Source of the DNA: Bacilli bacterium
GTDB lineage: Bacteria > Bacillota_I > Bacilli_A > RF39 > UBA660
Assembly (NCBI GenBank): GCA_017484205.1
Contig: JAFUTO010000032.1
Coordinates: 77,027 to 141,026 of the forward strand
Reading direction: 5' to 3'
Length of the DNA stretch: 64,000 nucleotides
In this document: piece by piece, positions 37,190 to 43,951 of the stretch
Layout: each line of letters begins with the position of its first letter
How positions within the stretch are numbered: position 1 is the first letter of the stretch
Position numbers and translations under genes: made by a program
Notes under the pieces: generated by a model
The model's input: only the letters and a program-made list of their open reading frames with translations
Database searches by the model: none
Told to the model about the DNA's origin: nothing

Positions 37190-37743
37190 ATTTCTAATTC
37201 ATATTCTTCATCAATATTATTTAATTCAAAAGATTTATCTGTTTCTTTATAACAATTATCAAGAATCCATTTAAAATTTTTTGAAATATTTTCATCTTCT
37301 CTAAGTAATAATCCTTGCCATATTCCTTTAATATGATTTATTCCATTTAAAAACTTTATTCCTGTTCCTCCTGCCTCTTTCCAATCAAGAAGATTCTTTG
37401 TATGGTCATCAATTAAATAATCAAATGAAGTAATTTTACTAGGTAAATATTTATATTTAATATCACCATAAGGAACAAAAATTCTCTTTTCAATTGGTAA
37501 CTCTGGAAGATATTTATTTAACCAATTATTTTTTTCTTTTAAAGCATAATCACTATCACTTAAAAAAGAAGAAAGAATATAAATATCCTTTCCTTCTCTA
37601 ATAAGTTTTTTAGTTTCTTCTAATATATAATTGTTTGGTTTTAATGATTCATAATAACCTTTTTGATATAATTCATTATTTGATTGAATATTTTTCCATT
37701 CGGCAAGAGTACCGTCCATATCAATGAAAATTCTTGTTTTCAT
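37186..37743 (-). CDS. HAD-superfamily 5-prime(3-prime)-deoxyribonucleotidase-like phosphatase
   Basis: IFIDMDGTLAEW (DxDG.L motif I), ILSS (motif II), IDDHTKNL (motif III/IV region); size and pattern as NT5C-type dNMP nucleotidases. Tail ...DEEYELEI. Confidence 0.6.
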   Translation of the reverse strand: MKTRIFIDMDGTLAEWKNIQSNNELYQKGYYESLKPNNYILEETKKLIREGKDIYILSSFLSDSDYALKEKNNWLNKYLPELPIEKRIFVPYGDIKYKYLPSKITSFDYLIDDHTKNLLDWKEAGGTGIKFLNGINHIKGIWQGLLLREDENISKNFKWILDNCYKETDKSFELNNIDEEYELEI

Positions 37744-37745
37744 GA

Positions 37746-37949
37746 TTATTTATCTAATTCAACTTCATCTTTTAATGGAACTTTTTCATAATCAATATAG
37801 CTCTCAATATAACTTTCAATAGAGTTTTTTAAATCTCCAATTGTTTCGCATTTATATTTAGTACCTGATGAAGACGGAGTGCCAATATAAACAGTTTTTT
37901 CTTCTTTAGAAAATACTATTTCAAGTTCAATATCATCTTTTATAATCAT
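37746..37949 (-). CDS. hypothetical ICE accessory protein (67 aa), tail ...DEVELDK
   Basis: ORF track; ATGA overlap with ssb. Confidence 0.45.
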   Translation of the reverse strand: MIIKDDIELEIVFSKEEKTVYIGTPSSSGTKYKCETIGDLKNSIESYIESYIDYEKVPLKDEVELDK

Positions 37950-38317
37950 TTATCAATTTCCTCCTCTACTTCATCATTTAAAATAGTTTTATCTTGATTT
38001 TTGCTGTGAGATAGATAATCAATATTATCAACAACAATATCAGTATATTTAGTTTTTTGACCATCTTTTTCTACTAATCTAGTTTGTATTGATGCTTCTA
38101 TAAGAACTAAATCACCTTTTAATAAATGGTCTGATTTTTTTACTGCTCTTTCATTCCATGCTGTTAAATCTATAAAGTTTGCTTCGTGTTCACCATTTTC
38201 ATTTGTGTATGGTTTTGGTACAGCAATAGTAATACTAGCATAATTTTTTCCTGCTTCAGTTTGTTTTAATTCTGGTTTTGATACCATTCTTCCTACAAGT
38301 AATGTTTGATTTAACAT
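37946..38317 (-). CDS. ssb: single-stranded DNA-binding protein with non-canonical acidic tip
   Basis: MLNQTLLVGRMVSKPELKQTEAGKNYASITIAV...FIDLTAWNERA......KGDLVLIEASIQTR is an SSB OB fold. The C-terminus is ...DEVEEEIDK instead of the usual D-D-D-(I/L)-P-F. Confidence 0.85.
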   Translation of the reverse strand: MLNQTLLVGRMVSKPELKQTEAGKNYASITIAVPKPYTNENGEHEANFIDLTAWNERAVKKSDHLLKGDLVLIEASIQTRLVEKDGQKTKYTDIVVDNIDYLSHSKNQDKTILNDEVEEEIDK

Positions 38318-38321
38318 ATAA

Positions 38322-38354
38322 TCTCTCCTTTTCTATTTTTCTATTTCTTCTTCT
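38322..38354 (-). repeat. 33-nt gene-junction repeat (copy 2)
   Basis: Identical to 29895-29927 by direct comparison. Confidence 0.85.
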
Positions 38355-38713
38355 AATTCTACTTCGTTTTTCTTCTCAAATTTCATACTTAATAACCTAC
38401 TATTGGTATAAAAAGATTCCAAATCTTTAACATTTAATGGTTCTACTCCAAACCAGTTTTTAGATGATTCTTTAGTATATCCAAATGTTAATCCCTTTGT
38501 TATTTGAAATTCAAAAACAAGATAATTTGGATTCTTATTATTAATTCTTGCCAGATGCTGCCAATCTGAAAAATTTCTATAATCTTTAAGAAGTTTTCCA
38601 ATTCCTAAATCGTCTAAAAATTTTCGGAATTTATTAAACTCTTCTTCATTTGATACCATTATAGAATTAATTCCAGCGATAAAGTCTAGCCATTTATTCT
38701 CTTCGTTTATCAA
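38333..38713 (-). CDS. hypothetical ICE accessory protein, acidic tail ...LEEEIEK
   Basis: ORF track (TTG start after AGGAGA); the palindrome operator variant lies just upstream. Confidence 0.5.
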   Translation of the reverse strand: MINEENKWLDFIAGINSIMVSNEEEFNKFRKFLDDLGIGKLLKDYRNFSDWQHLARINNKNPNYLVFEFQITKGLTFGYTKESSKNWFGVEPLNVKDLESFYTNSRLLSMKFEKKNEVELEEEIEK

Positions 38714-38730
38714 TTAAATCTCCTTTCTGT

Positions 38731-38748
38731 TGCCTACAATAGTAGTCA
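38731..38748. promoter_or_regulatory. palindromic operator-like site, variant TGCCTAC-AATA-GTAGTCA (copy 3)
   Basis: Shares the 12-nt core CTACAATAGTAG with copies 1 and 2; ~17 nt upstream of the start of ORF 38333..38713. Confidence 0.35.
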
Positions 38749-38763
38749 ATAATTTTAAAAAAA

Positions 38764-39804
38764 TTATATCTCTATTTCTAAATCTTCTTCTACTTCTTTA
38801 TCTTTAGATGATGATAAATCATAATGATAAAGTTCATTCTTACCATAAGTAATGGAAGTTATATTTGAAAAGTTAAATTCTTCTGTCCATCTGCTTGTTT
38901 CTTCCTGAGAATTTTCTTTAATAAATTTTGATACTTCTTCATAAGCTTTACCATATCCACTACTGCCTTTACTATCATTAGTTAAATCTCTTTTTAATGC
39001 ACTATATTCATATTTAAATGTTAAACTTTTATCTCCATATTGAATTGTTATATTAACTGTTTTTGCATCAATATCTTTAATAGAATTATATATATTTCTT
39101 TTTATATATAAATCTTTAAATTCATTATTTTTATTTTCTTTTATAATATCTAAATATTCAATCTTATCACGGAATATTAGCAATTCAAGTCCTAATTCCT
39201 CTTTATTATTTCTATAATCATCTATTGTTTCTATAATTTTATTAGAATACTTTTCAACAGTCTTTTGAGGATTATTTAAATATTCAACATCTATATAATG
39301 TCCCTTATATTCTGGAATGTTTGTGAATTCATAACTTGAATATGACTTTTGAAGTTTTATTATTGGATTCATTTCTTCAACAAATTGTTCTCTTACATCT
39401 CTCTTATAACTATCTATCCTATAATCTTCTAAATGATTATATTTTTCAATAGCTATATCTTTTAATTTTTCTTCATTGGCGAATGAATATTTCTCTATAT
39501 AATCTTGTATTTCATTCCACAATTTTTCACCCAAAACACCAAAAGAACTTTTTTCAATTAAGTTCTTTTCTTTAGGTAATAATTCATTTAAATAATAAGT
39601 GCAATTATATAATACTCTATCTTTTGTATCCAAATATCCTGCTACTTCATAATCATTTTGTGATAAATAACTATTATTTGTTTTAGTATATATAACAACA
39701 AATCTATCATCAAATTTCTCTTTATGAATTTTTTGATGATTATAAGTACCTTCAAAAACTAAATCATTAACATCAGGATTTAAAAGAAATTTTTCTATAT
39801 CCAT
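38764..39804 (-). CDS. hypothetical ICE accessory protein, paralog A, tail ...EVEEDLEIEI
   Basis: ORF track; colinear similarity with 39826..40842, including the identical DAKTVNITIQYGDKSLTFKYE. Confidence 0.55.
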   Translation of the reverse strand: MDIEKFLLNPDVNDLVFEGTYNHQKIHKEKFDDRFVVIYTKTNNSYLSQNDYEVAGYLDTKDRVLYNCTYYLNELLPKEKNLIEKSSFGVLGEKLWNEIQDYIEKYSFANEEKLKDIAIEKYNHLEDYRIDSYKRDVREQFVEEMNPIIKLQKSYSSYEFTNIPEYKGHYIDVEYLNNPQKTVEKYSNKIIETIDDYRNNKEELGLELLIFRDKIEYLDIIKENKNNEFKDLYIKRNIYNSIKDIDAKTVNITIQYGDKSLTFKYEYSALKRDLTNDSKGSSGYGKAYEEVSKFIKENSQEETSRWTEEFNFSNITSITYGKNELYHYDLSSSKDKEVEEDLEIEI

Positions 39805-39825
39805 ATTGTATAATCACCCCTTTAA

Positions 39826-40842
39826 TTACATTTCTATTTCTAAATCTTCTTCTACTTCTTTTTCTGGAGTTGGAACATCTTTACTATATATTTCATTCTT
39901 TCCACTTGTTATAGAACTAATCGTAGGAATAGAAAAAGGACATTTCCATTGGTTTTTATCAGCAAGATTAGGATTATTTGCTTTTACAAAATCTGATACT
40001 ATTCCATAACTACTTGTATAACTTGAAGTTTCCATTTTACCACTTGATAATGCACTTCTTAAATCATCAAGTTCATATTTAAATGTTAAACTTTTATCTC
40101 CATATTGAATTGTTATATTAACTGTTTTTGCATCAACATATTTAATTGAATCAAGTATTTTTTTGCAAGAATGAATATCATCAAAAGCATTATCTTTATT
40201 CTCTTGTAATTCTTTTAAATAGCTTACCTTATCGTGGTAAATTAATAATTCTAATCCATAACTTTTTCCGTTTCTTTCAATAAATCTTTTAGATATTTCT
40301 TCTATTGCTTTTTTTGGATTATTTAAATATGAAATAATATTATTATCATAATCAATGTCATAATTGCTGATTGAGATTGTTAAATCTGCTGTTGGATTAT
40401 CCTTAGTGATAAAAAGTTTATTAATTTCTTTTTTATATTCAAATAATCTTGTATCATCCTTTGTATCATATTTTTCCTGAGCTAATTTAGTTAAATCTTT
40501 TTCATGAGCAAAACAATAATCATTTATATATTGCTTTACTTCATCTAAGATTTTTTGATTTAAATTATCAAATCTATCAAACTTTATAACATCACTTTCT
40601 TGAATTTTATCAGTTAAAAATTTTTCTGCATTATATATACAATGTGCCTTATTATCATAATATCCACATAAATTATAATAACTACGATTTTGCCTTAAAG
40701 TGTCTTGATTTTCTTTAATATATAAAAGATCAAACCTATCATCATAGTGTTCTTTATGAAGTTTGTATTCTTTTTGTTGATAATCAAATACTTCATCATT
40801 TGCTTTTACATCTAATAAAAAATTTTCTATTTTACTATACAT
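39826..40842 (-). CDS. hypothetical ICE accessory protein, paralog B, tail ...EVEEDLEIEM
   Basis: ORF track; tandem duplicate of 38764..39804. Confidence 0.55.
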   Translation of the reverse strand: MYSKIENFLLDVKANDEVFDYQQKEYKLHKEHYDDRFDLLYIKENQDTLRQNRSYYNLCGYYDNKAHCIYNAEKFLTDKIQESDVIKFDRFDNLNQKILDEVKQYINDYCFAHEKDLTKLAQEKYDTKDDTRLFEYKKEINKLFITKDNPTADLTISISNYDIDYDNNIISYLNNPKKAIEEISKRFIERNGKSYGLELLIYHDKVSYLKELQENKDNAFDDIHSCKKILDSIKYVDAKTVNITIQYGDKSLTFKYELDDLRSALSSGKMETSSYTSSYGIVSDFVKANNPNLADKNQWKCPFSIPTISSITSGKNEIYSKDVPTPEKEVEEDLEIEM

Positions 40843-40862
40843 ATAATTCTCCTTTCATAGTA

Positions 40863-41444
40863 TTAATAATCCATTTCCATATCATCATTTTCCATTTCAT
40901 AATCATCATTATTATTTGAATTAAGTTGTTGCTCAGTATCTTGTTTTATACGATTTAATTCAATAGATTCTTGATTTTCAAGAAAATTAGATATTTCCAT
41001 TGCTTCTGCTTGAATGTTAGGATCTGTTATCGCTCTATGGTATTCATTAGATATTTCTTGATTAAAGAAATGGAATTCTTTCTTTTCAGTTCTTTGTTTA
41101 TCTTGAATATAATCATAAGTATGATTTATCGCAATTTGTTCTGATAATCTTAAATCTTTTGGATTTAAATTGTTATCAATACATATTAACGCTTGATAGA
41201 AAAGTTGCTCATTATCTTTCTTTAAAGCGTTTAATTGACCATACATGATTGTTAAAAATTGTCTGTTGACTGATTGACTAATTGCTCTTTCTACTTCTTG
41301 TCCAAATTCTTTTTCAAAATGAGATGCAGGTACTTTGGTAGGTTGATGCGTTTCTGGATTTGTATATTTAAAAACTATATCTTCAAGTGTTTTTGACATT
41401 TCTTTTGGTTTTTGTTGAATAAAATCATCATAAAATTTTCTCAT
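40863..41444 (-). CDS. hypothetical ICE accessory protein, tail ...ENDDMEMDY
   Basis: ORF track. No recognised domain. Confidence 0.5.
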   Translation of the reverse strand: MRKFYDDFIQQKPKEMSKTLEDIVFKYTNPETHQPTKVPASHFEKEFGQEVERAISQSVNRQFLTIMYGQLNALKKDNEQLFYQALICIDNNLNPKDLRLSEQIAINHTYDYIQDKQRTEKKEFHFFNQEISNEYHRAITDPNIQAEAMEISNFLENQESIELNRIKQDTEQQLNSNNNDDYEMENDDMEMDY

Positions 41445-41465
41445 AAATTCTTTTCTCCTTTTCTA

Positions 41466-41804
41466 TTAAATATTTATTTCTATATCACTAACTTCTTTAT
41501 TACTAACTGACTTACTTTCTATTTGATGCTGTAAATTTTTATAATCTTCCATTTCAATTAGTTCTAATAAATTTTGTGCTTTTTCACCAGATAAACGAGT
41601 ATATGGTGCATTGAACAAAAATCTATCTTGAACCATTTTTATAATTTCATCTATTGATTCTTTAGAAGATATTTCTCCATCTAGTTCTAATACTCCACCA
41701 TCCATGTTATGACCTTTAGAATTATAAATTGTATAATCACATTTATCTCCATCATTAAATATATGAAGAATATTATTCTCATTACTAATTATTAAAGTAT
41801 CCAT
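41466..41804 (-). CDS. hypothetical ICE accessory protein, tail ...EVSDIEINI
   Basis: ORF track. No recognised domain. Confidence 0.5.
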   Translation of the reverse strand: MDTLIISNENNILHIFNDGDKCDYTIYNSKGHNMDGGVLELDGEISSKESIDEIIKMVQDRFLFNAPYTRLSGEKAQNLLELIEMEDYKNLQHQIESKSVSNKEVSDIEINI

Positions 41805-42181
41805 TATTCATCTCCACCAGATACCAAAGTTATAATTATTTCTAAAGGTTCACACAATGGACATGAATCACAATCTTCATTATCATCTTCAGCAATATCA
41901 TCATCTAATAATGATTCCATTTCTGTTATATTATCTTCATTATCTATTTGATTTGATGGAAGATAACCAGCTAAAACAAGTAAATGAATGAAGTCTATTT
42001 TTAAAACTTCACACATTCTAATTAATGTAACTAAATTATAATTTTCTCTTTCACCATGTTCAATTCTTGATACTTCTGTATCACTAATTCCAACAATGGC
42101 TGCTAATTTTCTTTTACTATAACCTAACATTACTCTTCTTTTTCTAAATACTTCAGCAATAAAACCATAATTATTTTTCAT
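41804..42181 (-). CDS. XRE-family transcriptional regulator with acidic, Cys-containing C-terminal extension
   Basis: GYSKRKLAAIVGISDTEVSRIEHGERENYNLVTLIRMCEVLKIDFIHLL is a Cro/C1-type HTH. Start moved to MKNNYGF (42181); the track N-terminus MSTIVDK is created by the upstream palindrome. Confidence 0.7.
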   Translation of the reverse strand: MKNNYGFIAEVFRKRRVMLGYSKRKLAAIVGISDTEVSRIEHGERENYNLVTLIRMCEVLKIDFIHLLVLAGYLPSNQIDNEDNITEMESLLDDDIAEDDNEDCDSCPLCEPLEIIITLVSGGDE

Positions 42182-42201
42182 AAATATTCTATCCTTTCTT
42201 T

Positions 42202-42219
42202 TGTCTACAATAGTAGACA
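42202..42219. promoter_or_regulatory. palindromic operator-like site TGTCTAC-AATA-GTAGACA (copy 1)
   Basis: Perfect 7-4-7 inverted repeat ~20 nt upstream of the XRE regulator start. A 23-nt block including it is identical to the one at 50032-50049. Confidence 0.45.
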
Positions 42220-42235
42220 TTTTAATCAAAAAAAA

Positions 42236-42262
42236 TTATTTTTCTATTTCTTCTTCTAAATC
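42236..42262 (-). repeat. 27-nt gene-end repeat (copy 2)
   Basis: Identical to 28883-28909. Confidence 0.85.
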
Positions 42263-42451
42263 CTGTTCAATAGTAGTTTTATTAAATAATCTATCTTCTG
42301 AAACATCTATATCAAAATCATATTGCATATTTGAAGTAATATAAGAAATCATCATATCTTCCAAATCTTCAGGGCTTTGAATATCCATTCCTGCTTCTAA
42401 AAATGTTTCTTTGTTTTCTTCAAATAATTCTTTTATATACTCTTTATTCAT
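42236..42451 (-). CDS. hypothetical ICE accessory protein (71 aa), acidic tail ...LEEEIEK
   Basis: ORF track; the 3-prime end is the 27-nt repeat shared with 28883-28909. Confidence 0.5.
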   Translation of the reverse strand: MNKEYIKELFEENKETFLEAGMDIQSPEDLEDMMISYITSNMQYDFDIDVSEDRLFNKTTIEQDLEEEIEK

Positions 42452-42735
42452 TACTCGTCTTCCTTAAAAGATTTTAAATATTTATCTTTTAATGTATCAA
42501 ATATATTTATACAATTATTGCCTAATGATTGCTTATTATTATCATATTCATTTAATAATTCTTGGCATCTCCATAATAACTTAAATTCCTCATCAGTTAT
42601 TTCATAATTTCTTAAATCAACATAATTATCTACTGGGGCATAATTATTTAAATTGTTATAAAAATCACTTAGCATTTTTTCATTTACTTTTTGAACAGCT
42701 TCTGTGTATTCTTTTTCTGTAAATATCTCTTTCAT
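42451..42735 (-). CDS. hypothetical ICE accessory protein (94 aa)
   Basis: ORF track; 1-nt overlap with the downstream gene. Confidence 0.45.
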   Translation of the reverse strand: MKEIFTEKEYTEAVQKVNEKMLSDFYNNLNNYAPVDNYVDLRNYEITDEEFKLLWRCQELLNEYDNNKQSLGNNCINIFDTLKDKYLKSFKEDE

Positions 42736-42752
42736 TAAATCACCTTTCTATA

Positions 42753-43505
42753 TTAATTTGTTTCTAATTTCATTCCTAAATAGATACCATTTTCATCCTG
42801 TATAGGACTACACATTCCAGTTCTATTTGTTTTCTTTAATTCTGAAGCACAAGCATCTGCTACATTCATCATTGTATATCCATCAGAGAATAGAAAATAC
42901 TTTACAATTTTACCTGAATTATTATCGTTTTTAGATGGTTCTTGAACTGGTTGAGTTTGTTTAGGTTCTTCTTTTGGTGTTGTATTAGTTGTATTATTTT
43001 TTTGATTTGATTCTACTTTAGGTGGAGTTTGTCTATTTTCAGTAGAATTATTTTCAGGTATATTTTCTTGATTTTCTGGTTCTTCTTTTTCTTTTACAAT
43101 AACTTTTAATATTGCTTGACTTGTATTTCCAGATTTATCATTAACACTATATACAATAGATTGTTCACCAACTATTGATGTATCAATCTCTTCGTATTTT
43201 AATTCATCTATTAAATTACCATCAACTTTATCTATAACACTTTCTACATAATCAATGTAGTTTATATCATCCCCTTTCGTTAATTCTAATTCTTCTATTT
43301 TTAATTTAATAATTGGAGCTTCTTCATCTTTTACTATTACTTCTTCTTTTGGCTTTTCTTCTAATTCAGTAGATGAAGTATTATTAAAATGAAAATATAA
43401 AATTAAACCTGCGATCAATATAAAAAAGAGAACGATAATTGATATAATAATCATTCTCTTTCTCTTATATTCATGATATTTAATCAATAATTCTTCATCA
43501 CTCAT
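42753..43505 (-). CDS. membrane-anchored protein with Ig-like (DUF5011-like) extracellular domain
   Basis: N-terminal TM. The domain EAPIIKLKIEELELTKGDDINYIDYVESVIDKVDGNLIDELKYEEIDTSIVGEQSIVYSVNDKSGNTSQAILKVIVKEK is paralogous to the one in 43529..43951. Confidence 0.5.
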   Translation of the reverse strand: MSDEELLIKYHEYKRKRMIIISIIVLFFILIAGLILYFHFNNTSSTELEEKPKEEVIVKDEEAPIIKLKIEELELTKGDDINYIDYVESVIDKVDGNLIDELKYEEIDTSIVGEQSIVYSVNDKSGNTSQAILKVIVKEKEEPENQENIPENNSTENRQTPPKVESNQKNNTTNTTPKEEPKQTQPVQEPSKNDNNSGKIVKYFLFSDGYTMMNVADACASELKKTNRTGMCSPIQDENGIYLGMKLETN

Positions 43506-43528
43506 AGTAAAATTCTCCCTTCATATAA

Positions 43529-43951
43529 TTAATCTACATATTTAAAGTTTGGTTTTTCTTTAATAATAACTTGAAGCTCTGCTTTGGTAGTATTTAAAGC
43601 TGTATCACTTATTTCATAATCAACAACATATTCTCCAATTGCATTAATATCAATTTCATTATACTTAACCTTTTCAGTTAGATCTCCTTCTAAATTATCA
43701 GAGGCTTCCTTAATAAAAGCTTTATAATTTAATTCATCTCCCTGATACATAATAACTTTATCTTGAGTAAGCATTAATATTGGTGCAATTTCGTCAGCTT
43801 TTAACATTTCTTCATATTTTTGTCTTTCTGCCTCTTCTTGCCTAGCTGCTTCAAGTTTTCTTTGAATTACCCCTCTATTTAAAATTATAGGTACTGCTAT
43901 ACAAATAATAACTGCTACAAATGCTATAAATATAATCTTTATTTTTTTCAT
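43529..43951 (-). CDS. membrane-anchored protein with Ig-like (DUF5011-like) extracellular domain
   Basis: N-terminal TM plus IAPILMLTQDKVIMYQGDELNYKAFIKEASDNLEGDLTEKVKYNEIDINAIGEYVVDYEISDTALNTTKAELQVIIKEK. Confidence 0.5.
   Translation of the reverse strand: MKKIKIIFIAFVAVIICIAVPIILNRGVIQRKLEAARQEEAERQKYEEMLKADEIAPILMLTQDKVIMYQGDELNYKAFIKEASDNLEGDLTEKVKYNEIDINAIGEYVVDYEISDTALNTTKAELQVIIKEKPNFKYVD

Noticed and set aside
28107-42451. Explaining the acidic tails purely as Shine-Dalgarno sequences (GAGGAG = Glu-Glu) of the downstream overlapping gene.
   Set aside because: This holds for some junctions (30517, 37946, 28394). At 28883, 29906 and 38333 the tail is followed by a stop and a separate SD, and at 42236 by a stop. 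At all four the tail uses GAA codons without GGAGG. The tightly packed chromosomal and T4SS genes in the same window do not show the tail. It is kept as a partial contributor only.
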